This document shows, piece after piece, positions 43,000-56,057 of a stretch of DNA of 64,000 nt. The notes under the pieces were generated by a model. It did no database searches. It was not told the DNA's origin and saw only the letters and a program-made list of their open reading frames with translations. A program made the position numbers and the translations under genes. This stretch comes from the human T2T-CHM13v2.0 reference genome, Homo sapiens. Each line of letters begins with the position of its first letter. Position 1 is the first letter of the stretch. Location: assembly GCF_009914755.1 (NCBI RefSeq), contig NC_060945.1. One strand, written 5' to 3'.

Positions 43000-45900
43000 T
43001 CAAGGTAAAGACTGCTTGAAAATCTTGAGAACTTTTACCAGTTTGCACAGAGAGAGGGAGTCCAAGAGCCCAACTGATTAAAAAACACTTTTACCCTTTT
43101 TGCCAGCAGGTCAGGCTTCTGGGTTCCCTTACCCTGAGCCCAATCCTAAGTCAACCAGTTTAATGTTTGGGAAATTAACTTTTCCCAGTTTGGAGGATGC
43201 ATCTGAGGGGAGTGTCCCATAGTACAGAGACACAATTACCTATCTGTGAAGAGAGAACTGAGGAGGAGAAACTAAAAAAGAAGGCTTTTTTTTTTTTTTC
43301 AAAGGAGTCTCAGGGGTTCAGGATGCATTTGAAAGTGGTACAGACTGAAGATGGATGGCTACTCATGTAGAAAGAGGGGAATGAGGCAACTCAGGTTGCC
43401 TTCTCTTCCTAGTGAATACCTGGGGTATGTGAGAAAGTGAGGCACCCTTCTTTCTTTCTTCTGTCCTTACATCTCCGAGTTCCGGCAACTGTGACAAGAG
43501 TTTCACCCATGGGTGTCAAAGCAGCTTTCATCCATGTTAACAGGGGAGCTTAGGAGATGGGAATATCTGCTCTTACCCATGTACACCCTATCTCCTCTGC
43601 TGTCAGTAGCCTTCGAGTTCCCTAGATCTTATTTATGCCATGGATACTAGCATGAACTTTATCCATGAAACAGGAAGCTTGGCTCAATCGGCAGGAATTA
43701 GTCATACTCACCTATGTTGTACATTTTAACTTCTGTTATCATCTGCCTCTGGATCCCTCAGATGCAAGTTTTTTTCCTAGGGCTTTGATCTGAAGCTAGG
43801 AATTGAGTTTGAGACAAAAATGTGTCTCCGGGGGTTGCATGGACTCCTTAACATAAGCCAAATGCTGAGATGAGGCTGTGGAATTGAGTCGTGCTCCAAC
43901 AAGGGAGAGAAAAGGATGTCTTGTGACATGCCCAGGTAACTGGTGGCTGTAGTTATGCTTGCTAAGATTCGGGTGCATGGGGCTTTGCTTTGGTTAGTTC
44001 CCTTGGTCTTACTTTCCCAAAAAAGAAACCTCTGGGTGATGGGCACCTTATTTATTCCCATTACCTGACTGGATTTGCAGAATAATTGCTCAGAATTAAA
44101 ATATTGATCCAGAGTTTTACATTACCTATCCCTTTTGTTCCTTGTGAGCTTCAGCCAGAGATCACTGGTTGGCTCACAGAAATTAGCAGGGTTAGTCCAA
44201 AATGTAGACAATAACTTTAAAACAGCTAATGAGTCTAGAATTTAATGACAAATGTATAATAAGTTTTGAAACATAATTTCTTTCTCCAGTCTTCATCTTT
44301 GTTAAAAACAAATCATGATAGGACTAAGCTGTTTGCAAAATAAACTTTAGTCCTATACTTGGCCTGTTTATTTGCATAGAGTGTAGCAAGAATAATTATT
44401 TTGACATAGGCTTTTTAAATTGGCTTTGATGGAACGCTGTTCCACAAGGAATCTCAGATAGGACTTCCTGAAGCTGAAACCACCCATGGGTTTTTACCCT
44501 CGAATACCTGTGAATTGGTAAACTCCACTCTTCTTGAGGTCCCAAGAACATGGGGTTCCTGGACCTGTTAGAAAGTGTCATGCTTTACTCACCACAGGTT
44601 AGGAACCCTGCATGGGGACTGTGTAGACAAGGTATGAGGCCAGTTTTCCCAAAGGGGTTTTATCAGCTCTGTAAGTTGAGCTCGGTTTCTTAAAGGGAAG
44701 CATATCCTTCCAGTCAAAGCCTTGGGAAAACAACCAGTTTCTCCAATTGCATCCTGTTGCAAAAGAAAATGGATTCTTATTGTACTGATGCAAACAATTA
44801 TACTGCCATAAGTTAGGAATACTTACAACTAGTTTCCAAATTCTGTAGATGCCAGGCAGACAGAGAGAGACAAACATGGTCCAAATTTTGTTCATAGGAG
44901 TATACCTTGCTCAATTATTAAATGCTGTAAATAGCTCAAAATAAATTTCCATGACTCTGAAAAAGAAAACAAGGATCAGCAATGTTCCAAGCAAGTGTCA
45001 GAAAGATTACTTCAGTTTTATATTAGTTTAGTCTGTTTAGTTAACTCTTACTTTGCTTGATATTCATGAACATTCCAGCTCTTCCTTTATTCCAATGTCA
45101 CAATCTCCAAAGTTATCAGAAACTTGCATTTGAGAGCACGTGTTAAAATTCTATAGCTGATTATAAACCATCTTTTAAAGAGGATGAAAATAAGACAACA
45201 ATTTTCTGTGAATAACAAAATGTCTAAAATAGTTACAGTCAGAAACATGATTGACAAAGAAATTTGATTATCTCCGTGGTTTGCAATAACTTAACGTAAC
45301 AACCTTAATTGTGATTGACAGCATACACTCACACCTTAGAATTTTAGAAATCCCATACAATTTTGGAACACATATTAATATTATTCCCTAAAATATAACC
45401 TGAAGAAGATTAAACATCATTTTGGCAATCCCATGTACCTAAACGTGTCAAATAATCCTGTTTACCTATCCTCTAAATGCTACATGGGCCTTCTGTAGCA
45501 ACAAAAGCTAGGGGTCAGGAAAGATAATTTTTGAAACTGAAGTTCAATTTTAGGAAGACTCTTAAATGTTAGTGGCTTAAAACACTTGATGTTATGAAAT
45601 AGAATTCCAGATTACCGTAAGTTATTTATTTTTCCAAAATGTTGACTTGAAAATTTTAAAAAAGCAAAAACCTTTTATAACCCATTACAAACTTTGCTAA
45701 AGAGCAGATTAGTGCCTTAAGAGAGCCTTTTTGTGCTTTTATTTCAATGCTCAGTTTATGGAAATGGCATGTAATACCCTTTTGAATTTAGTCAATATGT
45801 TTGCACACAGAATTTCTTTTTCAATATTAACTTTCACAATTCTTCTAAAAATTGTTTGAACTTTTAGCTTTACCTTATCTAATTCAAAACAAACCTTAAT

Positions 45901-47688
45901 CCTAGGCAAAAATTCATATTTTGATGACATCTGCATTTTATCAATAATCTTTAAGGCTGTTTTTAGTTCTCAAAGATTAAAGTCACATGAACTAAAAGGT
46001 ACCAGAGCTTTTACCTTTCCTTTAAATAATATTAGATCCAAGAACTTATCCTTCTTTAAGTCAATTAATTAGAGCTTTTTTCAAATACACACCATGCACA
46101 CAACACTTATATAACTACCGAGACAGGCAGAAGAAGATCCAGTAGCTATAAGATTTTTTATTTGCCAGTTGGCTAATTGTACTATTGGCCTCTGGGTTGA
46201 GCCCTATAAGAGCAAGGCTAAAGAAGCATGTGGTTTCTATTGCCTAATAAATAGGTATAGCTGGAAGACAAAAACAGATTTTGAGAAGGATCCATCTGCC
46301 TCTAATTCCTGGGGACTCCATGAGGAAAACAGAGGTCTCTCCAAAAATGGAATCTGTGGTACCTTTTCTGCTTTTCCCAAAGAGTCCCAGGCCATCAGAA
46401 ATTACCTTAGGGCCTCTGATGTGTGCATTAACAGTGGCAAGGCAAAATGGTTACCAGGCCACCACACAGGAGCAGAAGAGGCCAGGCTCCTCCCCTCTGC
46501 ATAAGGCGCAAATTCCTGGTGGCTCCAACCCATTCTCCCAGTGTGCAGGTGGGCCCTTAGTCTGAGCCATTCACATTGATTTATTTCCCTTACTGCACAT
46601 GTGTTCAGGGATGGAATTTTCCAGTGACTGAGAAAAAACCTTTTTCCAGCAAAGCAAGATCCAAGAAGAGAAAAACATAAAGGCCTTTTAAGTATACCTA
46701 ATATTTGGATATCCACTTTTAATTAAGCTGAGCACTCTTTAAGAAAATCCTTTTAAATCCGTTATTACCTGACTTTAGCCATGCCAAGCGGCCAATATTT
46801 CTGGCTTTTGAACTTTACCAAAAGTAACATCCCAACTGCTCATAGAAAGGAAAATTCAAGGTGGCTTGTGGCGGGGAAGAGAATCAACAAATGGCAAAGT
46901 TCACACAGATATCAAACCAGAAAGGACTCATTCTCTAAGCCAGGATTGAACCTGGGCTGCCATTGTAAAATGGAAGAGGCAAAAACAAAGCACTGCCCTT
47001 TGGTTACAGTCATGCTTCCAAGGACGCAAAACAAGATGGAGGCCTGCAGTAAAGTTTGCCCTTAAGCCAACAGCTCCTTGAGCAGTTTGCGGGACTGGCT
47101 TGAACAATGGGCCAATGGAGTCCTATGCCTGCATTCCATCCTAAGGTAACCCTCTTTCTGACAGAACCATACAGAAAGACATGCAAAGCACATCAAATTG
47201 ACTACAGCTTAAGACCAACCTCAAATCCTTTTTCACAATTAAAACTTTGCAGAGAATATAAACAGCGATAGGCTCCTGACCTAGTAAAGCTTGTCACATA
47301 AAAGTTAACTCCTGACCTGGTGGAGAAAAGAAAAAACAAAAACAAGACAACTTAAATGGAGTGCTGGAAAGATGCCTGGGGGAAGAACCTCTATTCTTAT
47401 GCAAATGAGTTTCTCCACCAGGGAGAGGAAACTTTCATTTCTGTTTCTTCTCTGGGGCTTGGACTGAGCTGGACCCCTGCGCCAGGGGAGGGGAAGACTC
47501 CGTGGGTAAGTGGTGGGGAATGCTGGCCAGCTTGCTGTCTGGGGCCCTTGGAAGGGGAGGGGGACGACAAGCCACTGCTCGCCTGTCTGTCCCGAAAAAA
47601 GGAAGAAAAATGCCACAGAAAGGACAGGGTTGGGGCTGAGGCCCGGTGGCTGAGGCCTGTAATCCCAGCACTTAGGGAGGCCGAGGTG

Positions 47689-48249
47689 TGCAAAAGAAAA
47701 TGGATTCTTATTGTACTGATGCAAACGACTATACTGCCGTAAGTTAGGAATACTTACAACTAGTTTCCAAATTCTGAAGACGCCAGGCAGAGAGAGACAA
47801 ACATGCTCCAAATTTTGTTCATAGGAGTATACCTTGCTCAATTATTAAATGATGTAAATAGCTCAAAATAAATTTCATTGACTCTGAAAAAGAAAATAAG
47901 GATCAGCAATGTTCCAAGCAAGTGTCAAAAAGATTACTTCAGTTTTATATTAGCTTAGTCTGTTTAGTTAACTCTTACTTTGCTTGATATTTGTGAACAT
48001 TTCAGCGCTTCATGAGTCCTGTACGTTTTTCCTTTATTCCAATGTCACAATCTCCAAAGCTGTCAGAAGCCTGCGTTTGAGAGCACGTGTCAAAATTATA
48101 TAGCTGATTATAAATCATCTTTTAAAGAGGATAAAAATAAGACAACAATTTTCTGTGGATAACAAAATGTCTAAAATAGTTACAGTCAGAAACATGATTG
48201 ACAAATTTGAGTATCTCCGTGGTTTACAATAACTTAACGTTAACAACCT
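47689..48249 (+). repeat. Direct duplicate of 44758-45305
   Basis: Collinear ~90%-similar copy from TGCAAAAGAAAATGG to TAACAACCT. Confidence 0.93.
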
Positions 48250-48409
48250 GCTACGAGAGATCGAGACCATCCTGGCTAAAATGGTGAAACCCCGCCTCTA
48301 CTAAAAATGCAAAAAATTAGCTGGGCTTTGTGGCAGGGCGCCTGTAGTCCCAGCTACTCGGGAGGCTGAGGCAGCAGAATCGCTTGCACCCGGGAGATGG
48401 AGGTTGCAG

Positions 48410-48926
48410 TGTTAAATATGAATTCTAAATTTCTCTTCAAAGAATTAATATGTCAGTATGTGCAATTTTTTGCCTTCTACTTTTAAACTTTACTTCCTCG
48501 TAAAGCAACCTTTTTCGATTACCTACTCCACCGTGACTCATTCCGATCACCTGATCACCTGCTCCACCATAACTCATTCCGGTTACCTGCTACCTGCTCC
48601 ACCCTGTCTCATTATTCTCCACCCTGTGTAACCATTTTTTTCCCGCCAAAGCACTCACCCCCGTCGCTCTCTTTGAATTAGCCAATCGGAATTAGTTTAG
48701 GCTGTGTGGTCTAACCTTAGCCAATAGGGGAAGGACACAGCAGCAGGGGTCACATGCATCAGGGATAAGAACTCCTTCCCCTCCCTTGTTCAGGTGTGCG
48801 CGCCCCATTGCTCCATCTGTGAGGGCTCACCCTTCCATAGAAGTACCTTGCCTTGCTGAAAATCAAAAAGAACATTTTATATTAGGAGGATATCTCTTTT
48901 GCAGCACCGAAACTTTATATATAACA
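48410..48926 (+). mobile_element. LTR10 (LTR10F/A-like, HERV-I) solo LTR
   Basis: TGTTAAATATGAATTCTAAATTTCTCTTCAAAG...TATATAACA; internal ACCTGCTCCACC-TGACTCATT repeats; 4-bp TSD GCAG at 48406-48409 and 48927-48930. Confidence 0.88.
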
Positions 48927-49979
48927 GCAGTGAGCCGAGATTGCGCCACTGCACTCCAGCCTGGCACAGAGAGAGACCCCATCTCAAAAAAAAAAAAAAA
49001 AAAAAAAAGACAGGGGTGGACAGAGGCCAGCCTTCTCAGCGCCGATTTCCTCATGTAATACTTTCTCTTGTATCCTCAGGTGGGTCACTTTAGCCTAAAT
49101 CTCCTAAGTGGTACATATTATTTTGTTATAATTCTAATTTTATGTTTAATAAAATTTTATTATTTACATTTTTTGCTATGTAGCTTATTTGTAGATAATT
49201 AAATTATTAAACTAAGACTCCATTTTTATCCATATATGACCAAAATATTTCCTGCACAAAGCTATATGCATAATAACAATTTATCACTTGAATGCATAAA
49301 CTAAAGTTTACCAACAAAAAATCAGGTACGACAAATCCACATGGTTATATCATTGAAAAAAAGCTTTTCTGTAGTTCTAAACAAACATTCCATTGTAACA
49401 GGAATGCAAATAGTTGACATTGTGGGCAAAAACGTTTTTGTATAAAATATTTTATGTTATCTTTCCATGAATTTTATTAATGTATTTTCCTCACTATTTA
49501 TATTTTCCAAGACTTTACTAAACATAGTTTCTATGTTATAAAACAAAAACAGTCTATTTTCAGTTGCAATTTTTTAAACAAAAAAATATATAGGCTTCCA
49601 AAAAAAAATCAGTTAGCTTTTATTTCACCTCTATCCTTGTGGAACTGATAAGAACATAGTAATTCTAATATTTTATGAACCAGAATATTTGAGAAGCAAC
49701 TGGTCCTCCATGTGTAAGCAGAACTCCTTCAGGGATATTGAGCTCATCCACCAACATGACTGGAATACAACTGATAAATCCTCATGGAAAATAAATGTGT
49801 TGTAGTCTCTGAAATATACTAAAAGTTGTAGAAGATACAGAGTTAGCATCAAAGTAGTCACAATCTATTTGGGAAGCCAACATGTACTAACCTGGGACAA
49901 AAGTTTTAAGTAAAATAGAATGCAAAATTTGAAACATAAAGAGATATAACATCGAAGGAAATAGTGATTGAATAGATTA

Positions 49980-52080
49980 TTGTACCATATATACTCTCTC
50001 ATAGTAGACTTATACATTCCCACCCACTATCGTACAACTTTTTCAGACATTCTGTGGGAAGAAATTATGCACTTATCTCAGTGGTTTTTAGCTTTTTATC
50101 ATGCAGTGTGCTTTGATCAATGGAATGTGAGTGAATGTGATATTTATGTCAGAACAGACTTTTAAATATGACTGCATGGTCTGACTCAGCCCTTCTCTTA
50201 GTTCTGTATTTTTCCAGGACAGAATACCATGTTCCAGATAGGGGCGGCTTCATTCATTCCAAGAATGGGAAGACACGGGGAACAGAGCTGAGCGGCACAG
50301 CTGCCAACTTGTCATCCTTATTGTACCATGAGTGAGACATAAGTGTTGTTGTAAAATGCTGATATTTTCAGACTGTTGTAATCGCAGGACTCATACAGAA
50401 GTTAATACAACAGTAAGAGTGCTACCATAGCACATATAAAATCAATAGGTGTGACTGCCTTTGGGCTGACTGACAGGCTGTGTGAAAACCCTGAACGAAG
50501 TTTAGACAAATGACAATCCAGGTATTCAAGCCAAAATATTTGATAAGACTGTTGCCTATCATAAAAATACGTAATGGATGTCATGAATTTGTGTTCCTAG
50601 ATTTGTTACTGGCTGTGTTTGCTATGATACCACAGGAAGGAGACAGGTTTGTAAAAAAGTTAAGCTGTGGGCAGTCAGAGATGAAAGAGACAGGAAGACA
50701 ATCCACACAATTCAGGACTTGTACATTTGAAAGATGCACTCAACTCCAATCAGTAAGAAGTAAACTTGAGAAAAGACATGAGCCACAAAAGCCAATGAAG
50801 ACAAACTCTGGGACAAACATCAGATCAAGGCAGCAGTGGTGAGAGGTCATCAAGCTCCTTGCTAAGATTTCCCATTTACTTATGATCAAGGGAAAGAGAC
50901 CAGATATGTGGTCCCAAAGAAGCCTGTTAAGATCACCATACCTATCACAAAGTTTAGACAAGAGATGTCATATGTCTCAAAAAGAACTGTGGGTGTCACT
51001 ATTGGCATAAGGAGCTGACTAAAATCAAATAGCTAAAAGCCAACAAGGTTTTGCAAGGTATATATTTTCAAAAATGCTATAAGCCTAGTTTAAAAGGGAC
51101 TATAATTAGAAGGCAAAACAATCCTTAGGCCCTCAATTTCCTAATGGCAGAAAACAGGCAAAGTTGCTCACCTACCATGATTGACATATGCTCCATATGC
51201 CTTTCTGATATGGCCAAGGAAGGTGAGGAAAAAAGAAGACCTCTCAGAGAGAAGAAATAAAGTTTTGAGAAACAAGGATGGGTAATCAACAGGCAGGGAC
51301 TGGGACTGGAGTCCAATCAGGAAACATTTCCTACATTCAGAGATGGCAGACTTTTAATTGTCACAGGGGGATTAATTGCAAAGAAGCAGTGACTTTGAGT
51401 ATCACTTCTTCTTCCTCTATTTGACTGGGAATGTTTATTTTAGTATCCCTGTTTCACAATCAAATATTGGGAATAGATAGAGAATACACTTATATTATTA
51501 TTTCATGTTTCCAGATCAAAAAGAGCTGCATCTGCGCCCGATTGAGATAATGAACTACAGGACCTCACATATAATGTCTTGATTGAAAGAGCCATTTGCT
51601 TTATTCCTAGGGAAGTATTGAGTGTATTTTTCATGCAGGGAGAAATCAATTATGTGCCATCAAGAGCACAGATAGGGGTAATTGGCATTATTATTTGAAT
51701 ATTGATTCTCTCTTCTTTAAGAGTATTACATAATAGTATCTCCCAGAAAGTGAAGTATACTTTACTACTGCAATTTGATTAAATTACTCGTTTGGGAGTG
51801 AAATAAGAGTAGACCTGACATTTAACAGGACAGTTCAGCAGGATCTTTGGGTGCAACTATGTAATATATTTCAAGCATTTGCCTTAAGAGCAATAGGTCC
51901 CAGATAGTAGTCAGTCCTAGATTGTGTTCTGGAACTAGAAGATATATGGAGACAATCAGTCCAGTGAAATCCAGCCTAATCCAGTAGACCGCAGTTAACC
52001 CAGAGTTAACCTCTAACTTACCTTCAGTCAATACATATATAAACACATAGAGTTTTTTTACTATAACAAAAATGAATGCT
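49980..52080 (+). mobile_element. Old MaLR element (MLT1H/I/J-like LTR ~49980-50408, internal region, degenerate 3' LTR)
   Basis: TGCTTTGATCAATGGAATGTGAG, TTCCAGATAG and LTR end TAATACA at ~50408, followed by MLT1-int-like sequence; boundaries approximate. Confidence 0.55.
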
Positions 52081-53797
52081 TCCTTTTACAGTAAAGAAAA
52101 AAATAATCAGGAACAATTTGGTAGAACAGGTGAAACCTAAGCCATATTGTGAAGAATCGTCATCTAAATAAGAAGGAAATGAAGCAAAATATATTTGAAG
52201 CAAAAATAAGAGCAATTGCAAAGGCAAGGGACTAGGTATAAAGTTGGCCTGTTAGAGACAAAATACAGAAATAATTCTGATTAGAGAGCCAACCGCATAA
52301 GGGAGAACAAAAAGAAATAGATTAAAACACTAAGTAAGTTGGTAAGATTCACAATCTTGGGGCTTTATGAAACGCACAGTAATATAGCATAGCCAGCCTA
52401 TATTATATTCATATGTTTCTAGCTTCTGTAGTCTTATGACTTACTGTGGTGGGATGTGTTTTCCTCTTAGAGTGCTCTTAATTGTCGCAGATAGGATCTA
52501 GAAAAGGAAGCATATTTCCACTGTTTTCATGTTCATATTGCAATTTGTTAGTACCTGTTCATATCTGAATTTGTCAATGTGAAATCTTTTAAGCTTTCAT
52601 TGACTCTGAGTTCGTGTGCTTGGAAATTGGTGTCAATATTGATCTGAACATAGAAAAAACAGTAATAAAGTGGCAGAAAGCAATATTACCGTTATCTCCA
52701 GTGTTTAACTAGATTTTTACACCTCAATTTAAGTATATATTAGTTTGTGTAACTGTAGTAGTAGTATCTTATCCAGTAAGAGAATAGCACTGTCAGCTAC
52801 TGAGAAAGGCTATATTTGAACTATGTGACCTAAGACACATAGTCCAGAGGGAAGAGAAATCAGTGACATTTCTTTCCATTTTAATGTCACCAGAGCCAAA
52901 GTTTGGGGAACAAGAGTTTATTTCAAAATGACAGGTGAACATTGTAGCAATTTTTCCTTCTCCTTTTCTGAGAAATAACTTTCAGTACAGTTACATTAGT
53001 TAATAATAATGTAATAATACTTATAGATAGTAAGTAGCCTACAATAGAGAATTGTATGTTCGTTTTTATTTAACCTGTAAACTCTCTATGCCTTTGACCA
53101 TTGAACTCATCTTCTAAAACATGCAAATTTATCTATTGCTACAAAAAGGAGTTTTAATATGGACAGACATTAAAGTATTTGACAATGTGGCTCATTTCAA
53201 TAATTCAGTGATTCATTGATTCAATTTACTTATTTTTTTTTATCTCCAACTGAGTGGCATCAGTTCTCTAGATTAAGATGTTACTTTACAGAAAAATGAG
53301 CTGTTTATGTTTTCCTTTTCTGTCCAACTGTAAATCTGAGATTGGCTTAGCAAACTACATTTGAAAACTAACAATGCTACTTTAAGCCTCATATAGATAT
53401 TTACATATATATGAACTAAAAAGTAATTTTTAGAGTACTTATCTAGGCAGTGAGTGTTAAAAATACACTGCATTGGTTTAATGTGCTTAGTAATAGAATT
53501 TAGGATTTTCATTGTGTAATACTACAATAGACAAAATGCATTTAGATTTTCAGGAGCCCCCTTCAAATGCTTGTTCCTGACTCAAAAAGAGATATTTCCA
53601 GAGAGCTAGCCATGCAACTCAGAAAATTCCTTCCTACATCTTCCTGATACCTGCCTACTCCTCTTACCATTTATCCTGATCCTGTTCCGTGGAGGAAATA
53701 TGTGAAATTCCAGTATTATAATTTCTATTTAGTGTTTGGATGCTTATATATCTTTAAATTAATACCTTATTAAAACACATATCAGATATTTTAGTAC

Positions 53798-54545
53798 CAA
53801 CAAAGACTACCCTTGACCAAACTCTGCCAAGCTCCTGTAAGCCCTCTAGGCTTTAACCTTAGGATCGATGATTATTGAGCCTGCATAGCTCAACTGTAGC
53901 AAGAATCTTGGCTGGGTGTGGTGGCTCACTCCTGTAATCCCAACACTTTAGGAGGCCAAGGCAGGAAGATTGCTTAAGCCCAGAAGTTAAATAAGAGCCT
54001 AGGCAACAAAATGAGACCCTGTCTTAAAAACAATATAAAAAATTAGCAGGGCATGGTGACACACAACCTATAGTCTCAGTTACTTGCAAGGTTGAGGTGG
54101 GAGAATCCCTTGAGCCCAAGATTTCAAGGCTGCAGTGAACTATGATTGTGCCACTGTATTCCAGTCTGGGTGACAGAGCGAGACCCTATCTCAAAAAAAA
54201 AAAGCTTAGGAAACTTCATCACCCTTGATACCTGATCACTTTCAGTATATGATCAAAGTTCTCATCCCACACTACTTCCTGAGCGTTTTCTGATCATCCT
54301 GCCCTGCCTTCAGCAAAGAATCCACCTAATTGGTAGAGCCAGAGTCTCCCCTTAGGCATAATGTTTCTGCTTATAAATATTTGATCCACCAACCCTGACC
54401 CACTTGGCTATGAATCCCCACTCTTCCTATTATATTCAGATTTGGGCCCAGTTCTAAACCGAGGTCCCTTTTCCCTATCGCAATAGCTCTGAGTAAATCT
54501 GACTTCACCACTTTGACTACTGTCCAGCTCTGATTTTCTTTAACA
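53798..54545 (+). mobile_element. MER31/MER67-family ERV1 LTR split by an AluJ
   Basis: CTTGACCAAACT...AGCAAGAATC...CCTGCCTTCAGCAA...TTTTCTTTAACA. Confidence 0.75.
53910..54203 (+). mobile_element. AluJ
   Basis: Full Alu with J diagnostics and poly-A. Confidence 0.9.
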
Positions 54546-54648
54546 GGACTCATCAAGTGCTATTTAGAACTTTCAGACATTTTCCTTGCTTGTAAGATAT
54601 ATGCCCTCCTCCATATAATCTTACTAAAATAAATTATTTAATGATATT

Positions 54649-55027
54649 TGTTAGAGCAAAGTAAGGATGACTTTATTCAGGACCATCATGATAAGTATAC
54701 GGACCACTGCAACAGAATCTTGCAGTGGAGGAAGAAGATTGGGTTCAACTTAGAATGTAGCATGGGCAAGTGGGAATTTATAGCAAGGAGCAGGGTGGGG
54801 GTCAGTTTTACTGAGAAACTTAACAGAATTTTTGCTGAAGACAGGCCGGGGTGATTAGACATTACTTAGGGGAGAGTGGAAGATGAGAAACTTGATCAGA
54901 TATCAAGGATTAGTGTTCTTGCTAAACTGACTTAGCTGGGTTCTTGCTAAAACTGGATTTTACAGATGGGCCTAACATAAGAGTGAGAAGGCTGGCTGAA
55001 GTTTGGCCAAGCAAAGATTTTATATCA
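54649..55027 (-). mobile_element. MER31A-like LTR
   Basis: ACTTTATTCAGGACCATC...GACCACTGCAA...TTCTTGCTAAACTGACTTAGC...AGTTTGGCCAAG. Confidence 0.78.
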
Positions 55028-55306
55028 ACCTGAAATGTCCTGTACAGCCTTGTCTTTGTATCTTTCGCTAGATGTATTCCATGCCACACATCGAGTGGTC
55101 CTTTGGGTCTTCTTTTCGTTCCTGGAAATTTTCACATATCACAGAGTCTCCAACTGCTGGAACATTACAGGTTCACCACACTTTGTCTCACTAATATTGC
55201 CTCAATCTTTATTTCTCAAAACCCATGTCACTTTTTCTATGAAACTTTTACTCAAGTTTCAGACTAATTTAGGTAACCTTATTACATACACTCTCAGCAA
55301 AAAATA

Positions 55307-56057
55307 TCTTGGCTCAGAAAATGATAACCCTAAATATGGTGCTTTGACATGCTAAGTACTTTGGAATAAAGAAAATTGAAAGACCTCAGAAATAAGCCTC
55401 AGGATCAACAGCTCTCTCTAAGCTTCTCCTCTCTCCCCATCTCTCTGATTTTTTTTTTTCCATAGAAGTAGGAGGGGTTCTCTCTGAACACTACCTTATC
55501 TGACTGAGGAAACTTCTTTCCAAAAGAAATGCAATTTTCTTAAGACCTCTTCCTATGTATCTCATCAAATAACCAGAAAAGGTTAACCAGTGGTGAAGAG
55601 AAGAAACTGGAAATTATCATCATGACCAGATAGGCTTTTCCTCTATTTTTCTGAGGGTAATTCCTAGAGATTACCTGGAAGAATGTATCTGCATAATAAG
55701 ATAACCTTGGTTCACAATGTAGTTCTGCCCCTCACATTCCTGTAACTTGTCTGAAGCTGCTATTTGTCCTTTGGCCCCATTCAGCATCCAAAGAGAAATT
55801 GTTTACAAACCATTGTCTAGTCTTTTGGTTCATTCATTTACAATCTCCCCACTTTCCTCACCTCAATGAAAAGGGTATTTAAGTGTCAATTATCTGGTCC
55901 TTCCCTGAGTTTGCAACTTTTTTATATGGCCATCATGTTTATACACGTTAATAAATTTGTTATGCTTTTCTGTTGTTAACCTGACTTTTGTTAGAGAAGC
56001 ATTGGCTGTGACCCTTATAATGAAGAGACAAGGGATCATTCTCTTTCTGAGCATAGA
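55307..56057 (+). mobile_element. MER34/MER39-family ERV1 LTR
   Basis: GGCTCAGAAAATGATAACCCTAAATATGGTGCTTTGACATGCT...AATAAATTTGTTATGCTTTTC. Confidence 0.75.

Larger units (their letters stand above)
47634..49008 (+). mobile_element. AluSc in three pieces (47634-47688, 48257-48409, 48931-49008)
   Basis: Pieces are collinear with one Alu; imperfect TSD AAGGACAGGGTTGG / AAAGACAGGGGTGG flanks the whole. Confidence 0.85.

Noticed and set aside
47305-47841. Longest ORF (178 aa) and overlapping ORFs
   Set aside because: Chimeric read-through of ERV internal, Alu and duplicated sequence; its similarity to ORF 44599-44895 simply reflects the DNA duplication
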